Assembly (NCBI GenBank): GCA_002269645.1
Contig: NIVC01002844.1
Coordinates: forward strand, 1-64,000
DNA length: 64,000 bases
Direction: 5' to 3'
DNA from: Macrostomum lignano
Taxonomy: Eukaryota
Part shown: piece by piece, positions 46,594 to 59,974 of the stretch
Numbering within the stretch: position 1 is the stretch's first letter
Layout of the letters: each line of letters opens with the position of its first letter
Translations under genes and position numbers: made by a program
The notes under the pieces: model-generated
Seen by the model: only the letters and a program-made list of their open reading frames with translations
The model's database searches: none
Told to the model about the DNA's origin: nothing

Positions 46594-49500
46594 ATGTCAG
46601 CTGAAAGTGGTGAAACTAACTCCGTCGCAGCTGTTTCTTTTCAAGATGAGCTTGTACGTTTGCAAAATGAGCTGGACAATGCAATTAATGAAAAGATTCA
46701 AGCAGCTCAGCATGGTCTTGCTCTTTTAGAGGAAAACTGTCATTTGAAACATTCATTAGAAGAGTCTGAGAGCAATGCAGAAACCCTCAAGCATGAGTTA
46801 GACATGGCAAAAAAGGTTTGTTACTATGACTTTACATGCAGAATAATAATTTTTTTAAATAAATTATTGAAGTCTTTTTATGTATGAGGTTTTTATCCTT
46901 TATATTAATAAGCTTAGACTTTGTCTTAGTTATATAGATTGCTTTATGACCATGAATTTGAGTCTACTTATCCAACCATTGATATTGTATACATTGTAGA
47001 CTTTTTTCTGGCTAAAAAGATGAAAAAAGATTACTGGTTTTTTAATATTAAACTTATATTTAAAATGGTTATCTCTTAGAAGATTAATTCTTAAAATATA
47101 AAAATAGGCTATGCTTATTTAGTTGGCACTAATCAAATGAGTTTGCAATTACTATTATTTAGCTGGCAGTCCTAACTCGATTCATTGCCAAGTGTCAATC
47201 AAATAAGCTTATTACTATTTAGCTAGTAGTCCTATCTATTGCTAGTAAAGGGTTCTAATCACTTTGTCTATTATCAACTTATTTATTTATTTATTTATTT
47301 GCCAAAATATTTACAAATAAGCTTGTCTACCATTAAACTTGTCTGCTACCAACTTGTCAACCAATGGTATTTAATTAGTAGTAATGGGCACCATTAAATT
47401 TATTTTTAGCGCCATTACTTAGCACTGTCACAATACTGATTAAAGAAAAAAATAGTGATTGCTAATAGCATGTGCTATTTCTACTTGAAATTCAGCACAA
47501 TTAGCACCACTAATTTTGAAATGTGATAATTAATAAATATATTTAATATGAACTGCCATTTCACACATTTATGTTTTTGCACATTTTTAACTCACATGTT
47601 TTAAATGGATAAGCTAATATTGCTATTGCTTATAAATTGTTTTTATTAGCAATCTTAATAAAAAATCCTCAAGCTGCTAAACTGTCAAAGCAATAGTTGG
47701 TAGAAAGAATTCCTAAATGACAATGCTATTTGCCTTGAAAAATGTCAAGGGCCATTGCTACTAGGCCATGGCTTTCTTATAAACAAGAAGGAAGGCAAGA
47801 TTATCAGCTTGAAATGGTAGTACGGGATTTCTAAACACTAACATCACCCTGTTGATAGCCAGTCGCTTTGCATCTCATTGCTTAGAATGTCAACTAAGTT
47901 GAATGTTGGATTCATTGATTAAATGATTAAATTAAATTAAATGAATCAACAACTTTTCGCCAATGAAATGAAAATAATAACATCTTTAAAAAGTCAATGT
48001 CAAAAACAAGATTAATTGCTGATAACACAAAGCAAAAAAGATATTCAAATTTTATTTTGCATTGCTAAGAAAATTAAAAACATATTTACATAATCTTTAA
48101 CTTATTAATCAAAGAGAGTCTCATTTTAAGTATTTAATAGTCATTAACCCTCTAGTTTTTTTAGCAAAAAATGAATTTTGCGCAATTAGTGATTTTGTAC
48201 AATTAGTGACTAGCAATAGGATAGGATTGCTGGCTAAATAATGACAAGCTTATTTGACTAGTGCTGGCTAAGTAGGAGTGAGCTTATTTGACCAATGCCA
48301 GCAAAATAATTTTTTGTTGGCTAAATAAGCATTGCCATAAAATATGGCAATAGAAATATTGTTATTGTTTCTTGTTATAAAATAGACCTAGAAAGAAATT
48401 ATAAAAAAACTGCAATATTACTAAAGGCATATTAGGCCTAATAATATAAAACATATTTTCTAAAATAAAAAACAAGATATATTATTGGTTTAAGCCAAGG
48501 GCAAAGTTAAAAATCAAGTAGATTTTATTGAGTTTTGGTATATTGACATGATTTATCAAAATATATATTTATTTTTAGCCTAATATGATTATTTATTAGG
48601 TAATATTAAGAAATTTTAAGACTTTATTGTTAATTTTTAATTTATATATAGTTTTGGTCATTATTTTTATTATAATATTGCATAAAATTTTTGCCACTAA
48701 GCCCCTAAAGGTGTATTAACTTTTGCAACTAATTCTGATAGCTACTAGTCAAAAGTTTTAATCTTAAATATATTGAAATAAAATGACCATTAACTTTATA
48801 TGATCCTTAGCTCCATATAGTTCCTGTATAGCCACATCAGTTTCCCATAGTCACAGCAGTTTCCCATATCTACAGCAGTTTCCCATAGTCACATCAGTTT
48901 CCGATAGCCACAGCAGTTTCCCATAGCCACAGCAGTTTCCCATAGCCACAGCAGTTTCCCATATACATAGCAGTTTCCCATATCTACAGCAGTTTCCCAT
49001 AGCCACAGCAGTTTCCCATATCTACAGCAGTTTTCCATAGTCACAGCAGTTTTCCCATAGCTACAGCAGTTTCCCATATCCATAGCAGTTTCCCATATCT
49101 ACAGCAGTTTTCATAGCCACAGCAGTTTCTCATAGCCACAGCAGTTTCCCACAGCTACAGCAGTTTCCCACAGCTACAGCAGTTTCCCATATCTACAGCA
49201 GTTTCCCATAGTCACATCAGTTTCCCATAGCCATAGCAGTTTCCCATATCTACAGCAGTTTCCCATAGTCACATCAGTTTCCGATAGCCACAGCAGTTTC
49301 CCATAGCCACAGCAGTTTCCCATAGCCACAGCAGTTTCCCATAGCCACAGCAGTTTCCCATATCCATAGCAGTTTCCCATATCTACAGCAGTTTCCCATA
49401 GCCACAGCAGTTTTCATAGCCACAGCAGTTTCCCATATCCATAGCAGTTTCCCATATCTACAGCAGTTTCCCATAGCCACAGCAGTTTTCATAGCCACAG

Positions 49501-52500
49501 CAGTTTCCATAGCCACAGCAGTTTCCATAGCCACAGCAGTTTTCATAGCCACAGCAGTTTCCATAGCCACAGCAGTTTCCCATAGCTACAGCAGTTTCCC
49601 ATATCTACAGCAGTTTCCCATATCTACAGCAGTTTCCCATAGCCACAGCAGTTTTCATAGCCACAGCAGTTTCCCATATCCATAGCAGTTTCTCATAGCC
49701 ACAGCAGTTTCCCACAGCTACAGCAGTTTCCCACAGCTACAGCAGTTTCCCATAGCCACAGCAGTTTCCATAGCCATAGCAGTTTCCATAGCCACAGCAG
49801 TTTCCCATAGCTACAGCAGTTTCCCATATCTACAGCAGTTTTCCATAGTCACAGCAGTTTCCCATAGCTACAGCAGTTTCCCATATCCATAGCAGTTTCC
49901 CATATCTACAGCAGTTTCCCATAGCCACAGCAGTTTCTCATAGCCACAGCAGTTTCCCACAGCTACAGCAGTTTCCCACAGCTACAGCAGTTTCCCATAG
50001 CTACAGCAGTTTCCCATAGCTACAGCAATTTCCCACAGCTACAGCAGTTTCCCATAGCCACTGCAGTTTCCCATAGCCACTGCAGTTTCCCATAGCTACA
50101 GCAGTTTCCCATAGCTACAGCAATTTCCCACAGCTACAGCAGTTTCCCATAGCCACAGCAGTTTCCCATAGCTACAGCAGTTTCCCATAGCTACAGCAGT
50201 TTCCCATAGCTACAGCAATTTCCATAGCCACAGCAGTTTCCCATAGCTACAGCAATTTCCCACAGCTACAGCAGTTTCCCATAGCCACAGCAGTTTCCAT
50301 AGCCACAGCAGTTTCCATAGCCACAGCAGTTTCCCATAGCCACAGCAGTTTCCCATAGCCACAGCAGTTTCCCATAGCCACAGCAGTTTCCATAGCCACA
50401 GCAGTTTCCCATAGCCACAGCAGTTTCCCACCACAACTCCACTCGCAGGCCCTGCAGGCGGTCAGCGCGCAGCAGCGGCGCCAGGCGCAGGACGGCGAGG
50501 CCGGTGAGGAGACGCTGCTGAGCGAGTCGGCCAGCCGGGAGGGCGCCCTGCAGCTGCGCATCGGCGATTTGGAGGCTGAGCTGCGCGCCCTCTCCGTGGA
50601 CCAGGAGCGCCGCTTCGCCGACATGGATCGGCTGGCCGAGGAGGCGGCCTCGCTGGCCGAGACGGTGCGCTCTCTGGAGGCTGAGAAGCGCTCGCTGCGA
50701 TCGGAGGTGAGAATGAGATCTTTAAGCACAGTTTGCCTGCTGAGGCTTTTGGGTAAACTACCTGGTAATTCTGGAAATCACATTATAGTTCAAGGAGCCA
50801 GTCGTGTGAAAGCTCTGGAAATCACATTGTAGTTCAGGGAGTAAGTCGTGTAAAAGCTCTAGAAATCACATTGTAGTTCAGGGAGTAAGTCGTGTGAAAG
50901 CTCTGGAAATCACATTGTAGTTCAGGGATTCAGTCGTGTGAAAGCTCTAGAAATCAGTGATCACAAAGCCTATAAATGATTGATATTGTATGGTCTGCTA
51001 ATAAATCTACGACATATTACTTAAGTTTTTTAACCGAAGCAGTGTGCAATGCACTTTAGTGGGGTAATAACAGTAGATATCTATTGATTCAATCAGTCAT
51101 TTATTGCCACTGCCGGCAGAGCACAGAGGCAAATTTATTGATAGAAAAAATCAGGCAGAATATGAAGCTGAGTGTGCGGGATGAGGCGGTGGCTGTCGGG
51201 GCAGTGCTGCCTCTATCTGATTATCCTCTGCTGGGTGTGAGCATTGAGTTTACTCACCGCTGTCGCAAACTTATGGGAGCTGTGATCTATGCGCTAATAT
51301 TAATTTAGGCTTAAATAGACTTGCGGATGGTAGCTGAATGTATGCGCTGGTCTAATGTGTATCTGTTTGCTCTGTCTAGCTGTTACAAGAGTCTCATGAA
51401 CCCCCTCAGTTGTCTCATGAGTCTCATGAACCGCCCAAATCTGTCACAAGAGTCTCATGAACCCCCTCAGTTGTCTCAAGAGTCTCATGAACCGCCCAAA
51501 TCTGTCACAAGAGTCTCATGAACCGCCCTTAGTTGTCACAAGAGTGTCTTGAACCGCCCAAATCTGTCACAAGAGTCTCATGAACCGCCCACCACTGTCA
51601 CAAGAGTGTCTTGAACCGCCCAAATCTGTCACAAGAGTCTCATGAACCGCCCAAATCTGTCACAAGAGTCTCATGAACCGCCCAAATCTGTCACAAGAGT
51701 CTCATGAACCGCCCTTAGTTGTCACAAGAGTCTCATGAACCGCCCAAATCTGTCACAAGAGTCTCATGAACCGCCCTTAGTTGTCACAAGAGTGTCTTGA
51801 ACCGCCCAAATCTGTCACAAGAGTCTCATAAACCGCCCTCAGTTGTCACAAGAGTCTCATGAACCGCCCTCAGTTGTCACAAGAGTCTCATGAACCGCCC
51901 ACCACTGTCACAAGTGTCTCATGAACCGCCCACCAGTGTCACAAGAGTCTCATGAACCGCCCACCAGTGTCACAAGAGTCTCATGAACCGCCCTCAGTTG
52001 TCACAAGAGTCTCATGAACCGCCCAAATCTGTCACAAGAGTCTCATGAACCGCCCTCAGCTGTCACAAGAGTCTCATGAACCGCCCAAATCTGTCACAAG
52101 AGTCTCATGAACCGCCCAAATCTGTCACAAGAGTCTCATGAACCGCCCAAATCTGTCACAAGAGTCTCATGAACCGCCCTCAGTTGTCACAAGAGTCTCA
52201 TGAACCGCCCAAATCTGTCACAAGAGTCTCATGAACCGCCCAAATCTGTCACAAGAGTCTCATGAACTGCCTTCAGCGGTCACAGTTGCCATACCTGGCT
52301 GAACTCTGCACCCGCAGGTCAAGGAGCTGAAATCGCGGGAGGCCCGCCAGCTGGCCGACCACGCCGAGCTGGCTGACGAGAACATGGCGCTGGAACGGAA
52401 GCTGCTGGAGGCGCAGCGGTCGCAGCTGGACTACGAGTTGGTCAAACACGAGCGGCGGCGGCTGCTCGAGGAGACGGAGATCCTGTCCGGCCAGCTGGAG

Positions 52501-55500
52501 GAGCTCGCCCGACTGCGCGCGGTGTCCGACAAGAACCTGGAGGAGGCCCAGGATGCGCTGCAGGCGGAGCGGGAGGCCAAGCACTCGCTGCGGCGGGAGC
52601 TGGACACCCGGCTGAGTGCCGACAGTCTGCAGCAGTTCAGCACTAGCGTGCAGCGAGACTTGGCGTCTACAAATGCCAATAGTGAGCTAATATTGATGGT
52701 TTGACAGTTCTTGAATGGCTGTGGCCGTAGCTGATCCAGTGCTGGCATTAGCCAATCCAAGGCTGGCAGTAGCCAGTAGGCTTAGCTGATCCAGTGCTGG
52801 CATTAGCCAATCCAAGGTTGGCAGTAGCGGGTAGTCTTAGCTGATCCAGTGCTGGCATTAGCCAATCCAAGGTTGGCAGTAGCGGGTAGCCTTAGCTGAT
52901 CCAGTGCTGGCATTAGCCAATCCAAGGTTGGCAGTAGCGGGTAGCCTTAGCTGATCCAGTGCTGGCATTAGCCAATCCAAGTTTGGCAGTAGCGGGTAGC
53001 CTTAGCTGATCCAGTGCTGGCATTAGCCAATCCAAGGTTGGCAGTAGCGGGTAGCCTTAGCTGATCTAGTGCTGGCATTAACCTCAAGTGCCGCGCCTCC
53101 TGTCATCCCGCAGGCCACGATCTGTACAGCGAGCTGGCGGGGCAGCTGCGCGAGCGCGAGTCGGAACGAGAAGCGGCTCGCCGTCGGGCCGAAGAGGCGG
53201 AGGCGACCGTTGAGAGGCTGCGCCGTGAACTGCAGACAAGCCGCTTCGAGCACGACCAGGTGAGATGGATGTGGATGGGTGGGAGTTGATGCAGAGCTGG
53301 CACCTGGTGATCTCTGCAGTGAAGGTGTGGGTGAGAATCGATGCAGAGCTGGCACCTGGTGATCTCTGCAGTGAAGGTGTGGGTGAGAGTTGATGCACAG
53401 CTGGCACCTGGTGATCTCTGCAGTGAAGGTGTGGGTGAGAGTTAATGCACAGCTGGCACCTGGTGATCTCTGCAGTGAATGTGTGGGTGAGAGTTGATGC
53501 ACAGCTGGCACCTGGTGATCTCTGCAGTGAAGGTGTGGGTGAGAGTCGATGCAGAGCTGGCACCTGGTGATCTCTGCAGTGAAGGTGTGGGTGAGAGTCG
53601 ATGCAGAGCTGGCACCTGGTGATCTCTGCAGTGAAGGTGTGGGTGAGAGTTGATGCAGAGCTGGCACCTGGTGATCTCTGCAGTGAAGGTGTGGGTGAGA
53701 GTTGATGCACAGCTGGCACCTGGTGATCTCTGCAGTGAAGGTGTGGGTGAGAGTTGATGCAGAGCTGGCACCTGGTGATCTCTGCAGTGAAGGTGTGGGT
53801 GAGAGTTGATGCACAGCTGGCACCTGGTGATCTCTGCAGTGAAGGTGTGGGTGAGAGTTGATGCACAGCTGGCACCTGGTGATCTCTGCAGTGAAGGTGT
53901 ATTTTGAAGTAATAACCTGCTTGCATCTCTTCACAGCCATTTGCTGCTGTGTGAGGCAGCAGTTATTTCGAGTTCTCATAGCTTTATTGACCATAGCTTT
54001 CCAAGTTGGAAGGGCATGTTGCAAACGAATTGACCCAACAAACCGCATTAAATCTGGCAGGCGCTGGACCAGCTGCGGGTGGCCGCCAAGCTCGGGCAAG
54101 CCGACTCTGATGCGGCTGCCACAGCTGCTGCCGCTGCCGCCGCGGCCGCTGCCTCCCACGGGCCTCCGGGCGGCCCGGCCGACCTGATGAGCCAGTCGGT
54201 GTCCGAGCTGTCCGAATTTCGCGGGCCGGATGAGGCACCGGTGAAGCGGTGAGTTGTGGTCTTTGTTTCATTGACTGCTTGGCATTGACCCCCTGTCATC
54301 TGCATCCCTTACCTTTGACTGAGGTAATGTCTTGCCCATCTGATCTCATCCTATGATCTCATCATATGATCTCACCCTGTGATCGCACCCTATGATCTCA
54401 TCCTATGATCTCACTCTGTGATCTCTCCCTGATCTCACCTGTGTTCTCATCCTATGATCTCACCCAGTGATCTATCCCTATGATCTCACCCTATCATCTC
54501 ATCCTGAGGTCTTGTCCTTGATCGTATATTACTTTGTAATCCCACGATATCAGCTGACTTTGCCCAAGCTCTCATTCCATTCAGAATTCGGGCAGCGCCT
54601 CTCCCATCGCTATTATTAACGCCACACGCCGTCTTGCAGGTGCGAAACGCCAGACACGGAAGGGTAAAAGAGATTCGCCTTTGCTTGATTCCATTCAATC
54701 ATATCCAATATTACCGTGTACTGTTGCAAAATCAATGCATTTATTTGATGATAACAAGGGCTTTTGCCAGCTGAAATGATGCATAACTGTGATATTTATT
54801 AGCTCAATCTGCACCTTCATCAACGAATTAACTGATAGCATTTTGCACTACTTGAGTGATAGCAGACACTAACTGTACCAGTGTACAAAACTAATCACTG
54901 ATTCCACTAGCCAATCCATGATGACTGACTGAGATAACCTCAGCTGTAACCGCTGCATTCAATATCTGTATCGCCCGTACATTTTGCTGGCAATGTTTAC
55001 TAGGAGGTTTCTCATTCGTTTTCCTCGACTGGCAATGAACCTGGTTCTCAGATTGGCTGTCTGCATTATTTCCTCCGATTGGGGTGGTATAACTATGTTC
55101 CTTTGTAAACTTTGTGCGCATTGTTACAATTGATTTACGATCAGTTCTGTGCAATCAGAGGCATATTGACCATGCTCTACAGATCTGCAGTCACTTCAAT
55201 CTGATCTGCAGTCACTCCAATCTGATCTGCACCCACTTCAATTTGATCTGCAGTCACTTCAATCTGATCTGCAGTCACTTCAATCTGATCTGCAGTCACT
55301 TCAATCTGATCTGCAGTCACTTCAATCTGATCTGCAGCCACTTCAATCTGATCTGCAGTCAGTTCAATCTGATCTGCAGTCACTTCAATCTGATCTGCAG
55401 TCACTTCAATCTGATCTGCAGCCACTTCAATCTGATCTGCAGCCACTTCAATCTGATCTACAAGAACTTCAATATTGATTTCCACAGATTCCAATCAATC

Positions 55501-56745
55501 CAATCTTACAGAATCGACTTGATCAGTTTGAGATGGCGCTTCTCAATCGTTGCCATGCCAGGCTTAGTGCCCCGCCCCCACCCAACAACCACCAGCTACG
55601 CCTCCCTGGAGCACAAGTACCTGGTGGCGCTGCGCCAGATCGCCGCGCTACAGCGCGATCTCAACCGCATGCGCAGCGCCCAGGAGCTTCAGCAGCGGCC
55701 GGACGACGCCGCCCGGCTGGTGGCCGCCCAGGCCGACCTCGAGCTGGTCAACTCCCACCTGCGTGCCCAGCTGGAGGAGACCAACGCTTCGGTTGCCACG
55801 GCAACGGAACGATGCGGCCGCACCGTGGCCGAGCTGCGCTTGGCGCTGGCCGAGTTTGGCGCCCTCTACCTGCAGCTGTGCCAGCGCGCCGGTCAGGAGC
55901 CGCAGCGCCGGCTTGCCGACCTCATCGAGTCCCGCGGCGGCAGCGGAGGCACTGGAAACGGCTCGGTTGCCATGGAGACGGCGTTGGACGAGCTGGCCAG
56001 CCAAGCCGACTGCCTGCGGCTGCTTCGCCGCCACCTCGCCGACGTAGCCGCAGCCGCGCCCTCTGCCGCCTCAACGACGGAGGCGGCGGCAGCCAGCGCG
56101 GCTGAACAGCGCGAGGAGGCGGCGCGCCTTCGGGCGCTGATGAACACGAAGCGGGAACAGATCGCCACGCTGCGCTCGGTGCTGAAGACCAACAAGGCCA
56201 CGGCGGAGTCGGCGCTGGCCAACCTCAAGCAGAAATACCAGAACGAGAAGCAGGTGGTCAGCGAGACCATGCTGCGCCTGCGCTCCGAGCTCAAGTCACT
56301 GAAGGACGACGCTGCCGGATTCGCCAACCTGCGCAACATGTTCGGCCAGCGCTGCGAGGAGTACGTCACCCAGATCGACGAGATGCAGCGCCAGCTGCAG
56401 GCGGCAGACGAAGAGAGGAAGACGCTGAACTCGCTGCTCCGCATGGCCATCCAGCAGAAGCTGACGCTCACCCAGCGCCTTGAAGAGATGGAGATGGACA
56501 ACGAGCGGCTGCGTCGGTTGCCTCCGGTTGGCGTCGTGACGCCTGGCGCCGGTGGCGGCATCGCCGAAGTGAACAGCAGCTCGGCGTCGGGGCGGAGTTC
56601 GCAGCCGCTGCCTCCGTTGCCGGCCTCAGCGCAGGCGCAGCAGCCGGGAGCGGGTGGCGGCAATCCGCAGCAGCGGCAGGGAGCGTCACGCACGTCGCCC
56701 GGATCCAAGGTAGCCAACCAGGTGGCGAGTGGGGTTGTCACGTGA
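46594..56745 (+). CDS. BicD: Bicaudal-D dynein adaptor, at least 6 exons
   Basis: Exons 46594-46815 (CC1 box [11 protein letters not shown]), 50449-50706, 52318-52681, 53114-53259 (DLYSEL), 54061-54248 and ~55512-56745. The last exon carries the conserved CC3 [30 protein letters not shown]...[22 protein letters not shown]. The exon 6 acceptor is uncertain. Confidence 0.93.
48828..50430. repeat. ~19-bp minisatellite in BicD intron 1
   Basis: Unit gccacagcagtttcccata (18-20 bp variants), ending 18 bp before the exon 2 acceptor. Confidence 0.97.
50771..50957. repeat. 44-bp tandem repeat (~4 copies), BicD intron 2
   Basis: Unit ctggaaatcacattgtagttcagggagtaagtcgtgtgaaagct. Confidence 0.9.
51385..52270. 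repeat. 31-bp minisatellite (~28 copies), BicD intron 2
   Basis: Unit caagagtctcatgaaccgcccaaatctgtca. Confidence 0.97.
52728..53080. repeat. 55-bp minisatellite (~6 copies), BicD intron 3
   Basis: Unit tagctgatccagtgctggcattagccaatccaaggttggcagtagcgggtagcct. Confidence 0.95.
53283..53900. repeat. 52-bp minisatellite (~12 copies), BicD intron 4
   Basis: Unit gagttgatgcagagctggcacctggtgatctctgcagtgaaggtgtgggtga. Confidence 0.97.
54340..54505. repeat. Degenerate ~13-bp repeat, BicD intron 5
   Basis: Variants of atgatctcaccct. Confidence 0.8.
55180..55470. repeat. 21-bp minisatellite (~13 copies), BicD intron 5
   Basis: Unit atctgatctgcagtcacttca; it accounts for the SHFNLIC repeats in ORF 55114. 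Confidence 0.95.
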
Positions 56746-57544
56746 CTGCTCCCAGCCAATAGTTACTGGCGTTGCTAGTATACCGTTTCCCGTTCAGTTT
56801 TAGCAAGCTAGCATTCCCCAGTCGAGAGAGCTCCAGACCGCCAGTGGATGCTAAAAGTAGGCAATGTAGCCGCAATCGGAATTGAATGGGAAGTAAGTTT
56901 CTGCGCATTGTATTACTAGCAATAATTAAGTAGTGTTGTAAGGGTTTGATGAGGCAGCGCAAATAACAGTATAATTCAGCAGTGCAACTGAAAACGCGAC
57001 AGCTCCGGTATATTCCTCTTGACTTGGAAAAATGGCTGCAGCCATACTCTTATATGCATGCGCCTTTGAGCCATAGACAGCAATAATGACTACTTTTATT
57101 AGTAGAGCACGCGCATCTACACAACAAGTTGTAAGCAGTAAGTTGTAGCTTAGCTGTTGCTGATGCTGTCCTTGAAAGCATTGAATAAGATTTACTAAAA
57201 ACATTTCTAATTATTATTTTTTCTACTTACTTGTGCGATTGCACGACCACTCAGTGCCGGCCCATCGCACATTGCATAAATATGAGTTCCTTTCTGTTGT
57301 GCTGCCTGGTTTACCCGCCTCGCCTCCCCGCCTTTTCTCTTGGCGCCCCGCTACTTGCAGTGCATCAGGTGGCGCCTTCGTCGGCTTAGCAGCGTGTTTG
57401 TTTGAGCAGCTGCGAGTTGCCTGTACCGGTATTGTATTTGCTTGCTCAGGTTGTGGCCTGGGGTCGCTTTTCTCCTCTGGTGTTTTTGCTTTTTGAGGCT
57501 CGCGAGTCTTCCTTGTTGAAGTTTCCTGTCCTCCCTGTCGTATC

Positions 57545-58105
57545 TCTTCGCATCCTCTCCTAATCTCCTCTCCTAACCCCCTCATAATCCCCTTCTAATC
57601 CCCCCTTCTCACACCCTCCTAATCCCCTCTCCTAACCCCCTCCCATTGTCCCCTTCTCCTAATCCCCTTCTAATCCTCCTCATCCCTCTCCTAATTCCCT
57701 CTCGTAATCCTATCTCCTCGTTCCCTCTCCTCATGCCCTCCCCTAATCCTCTCCTTATCCCCTCTCTTAATATTATCCTAATCCCCTCTCATAATCCTAT
57801 CCTAATCCTCTTCTAATCCGCCTCATCCCTCTCCTAATCCCCTCTCCTAATCCCCTTCTAATCATCTTCATCTCTCTCCTAATCCCCCTATTCGAATCCC
57901 CTCTCCTAATCCCCCTATTCTAATCCCTTGTCCTAATCCCCTTCTCATCTCCCTCCTAATCATCCTCCCAATCCCCCTATTCTAATCTCTCTCCCAATCC
58001 CTCTCCTCCTCATCCCCCTCCTAATCCCCTCTGCTAATCCTCTCTTCTCACCCCTCTTAATCCCCTCTGCATTCCCCTTTTGTAATCCCCTCGTCTAATC
58101 CCCTC
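57545..58105. repeat. C/T-rich degenerate repeat (ctaatcccctct-like)
   Basis: Continuous variants of cctaatcccctctc. Confidence 0.85.
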
Positions 58106-58168
58106 ACTCATCAGAATAAGCTTCCTTATTTCCATGTCCAGGCTTTGTCCGCTCCCAGTTTTCTCCAG

Positions 58169-58468
58169 CCCCCTAAGCGCGCATCTTCCCAAACGCCTCG
58201 CCGTTCGCAGCAGCCGACCCACTCGCGGTCGCTGGAGGCCGCCTCCGACTCGGACTGCAGCGACGACTACGGGGACGCTGATGATTCTGATGGCGCCACG
58301 GACGGCGCCGGCGCCGCCTCAGGCTGGCCGGTGGCGCTTCGAGAGAGCGCCCGGCTCAAGCGGGCCGCCAGCCTCTACGCTTCGTTCTCCAGGGTAGCCA
58401 GCGCTGCTGAGCTTAGCAACCAATTTATTAATATTCCGCACTCTGAATTTATAATTTCTATTCTCTAA
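58169..58468 (+). CDS. Candidate downstream exon, possibly an alternative BicD C-terminus
   Basis: GC-rich coding-like island after the acceptor ttttctccag. Its phase 0 matches the donor aag|gtagcc at 56709/56710 in BicD exon 6. Encodes PPKRASSQTPRR...SDSDCSDDYGDADD... Confidence 0.4.
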   Translation, partial: PPKRASSQTPRRSQQPTHSRSLEAASDSDCSDDYGDADDSDGATDGAGAASGWPVALRESARLKRAASLYASFSRVASAAELSNQFINIPHSEFIISIL

Positions 58469-59141
58469 CGATATTTCTATTTACAAACTGTTTGGGCACC
58501 ACTCGGTTAACTTATACTCTGCTCTTGACACCGATGGCACCCGCACTGTAGACTCGCTAAACAATGCTTTAATCTGTGCCTGTCTGAATGAAAAATCTTT
58601 TATAATCCGGGCGTTTGATCGCTTCCTGACGGGAGCTGTTCATGAATTTTTACAAGGCACTAGCTTGTTAACCGCTGCTTCACAATCCATCATTTTGCGC
58701 TCCAACTCTGCAGCCTTGACTCCTCCGCCACCGCGTTTCAGAGGTTCAACCGCTGGAGTCGCCGGGAGGACAATGACTGACACCACCTGGCAGCACCTGG
58801 CCTCGATCTGCCCAGTTTTCACCGCATGTTCTACTAATCTCTACTCTGCAATGTCATATCGATACTACTGACTCATCGAACTAAGTAGTAGTAAGTGCAA
58901 TTCCTAGCTGCAGTTCAGCGGCCGCAATGGGTCAATTAAAGCCCAGAGGCTGCAGGCATTTTTGCCGTGTTTAAAGCAATGACTTTGTCTTGTAACTTGA
59001 TTTTTTAGTCCAACTGTGTGCTGTTCTGCATTAGAAACATTTTTAATTAACCGTCTGCATCCTCCTGTGCAGATGCTGGCTGGACAGCTTCCAGCCTCAG
59101 AAAGCATTGATTTTAGCTGAGGAACAGCTGAGATCCCCTGC

Positions 59142-59555
59142 CCTTCAGTGACCTGCTGCTAATCATTCAGTGAGCTGCTCATCCTTCAGTGAGCGGCTGC
59201 TGATTTTTCAGTGAGCTGCTCATCCTTCAGTGAGCGGCTGCTAATCTTTCAGTGAGCTGCTGCTGATCCTTCAGTGAGCTGCTGCTGATCCTTCAGTGAG
59301 CTGCTGATCCTTCAGTGAGCTGCTGCTGATCCTTCAGTGAGCTGCTGATCCTTCAGTGAGCTGCTGCTGATCCTTCAGTGAGCTGCTGATCCTTCAGTGA
59401 GCTGCTGCTGATCCTTCAGTGAGCTGCTGATCCTTCAGTGAGCTGCTGCTGATCCTTCAGTGAGCTGCTCATCCTTCAGTGAGCTGCTCATCCTTCAGTG
59501 AGCTGCTCATCCTTCAGTGAGCTGCTCATCCTTCAGTGAGCTGCTGATCCTTCAG
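59142..59555. repeat. 19-22-bp minisatellite
   Basis: Unit gagctgct(gct)gatccttcagt. Confidence 0.95.
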
Positions 59556-59974
59556 TTATAAAAACGCTAACATGCGGGAATATCCAGCTAAGCTAGTGAG
59601 TACCGCGCAGCGAGCTCATTAGTGGTTTTTGGTGCCTGTGATGCCTGCAACTGCTGTTTTTTCTTTCTCCATACTAATAATATCATCTAATTGCTATTAT
59701 CGATATTGCTATAGTGTTTCCGCTTTCGCATTTCCCTTGTTTTGCCTTCACGGACCAGATCAAAACTTCTGTGTTGTATGCGGTTTTTAATACTCGGCTC
59801 TTCCTTCAATGCAAGCCCCAAGTGCGCTGCTCTCAAGTATTCTCTGCAATACACAGCTTTTGAGTTCAATATAGATGCTGATTTGTACACACAGTGCAAG
59901 CCGTCGTTACCCAAGCTCGTCTACTTTGCTGACAGTTTTTCATTCATTTTTGTTTAATCCGAGCCTTTCTGCGA

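Noticed and set aside
53023-54159. Long repetitive ORFs on the minus strand (also 49174-50434, 59875-60624, 55177-55494)
   Set aside because: Products of intronic minisatellites. The period is usually not a multiple of 3, so the same peptide cycles through all frames.
55114-55511. N-terminal SHFNLIC repeats of the 543-aa ORF as part of BicD
   Set aside because: They derive from the 21-bp intronic repeat; BicD homology starts only after about 55512-55600.
57545-58105. Degenerate telomeric (CCCTAA) tract
   Set aside because: The dominant unit is about 12 bp (ctaatcccctct) with few true CCCTAA hexamers; treated as low-complexity repeat.
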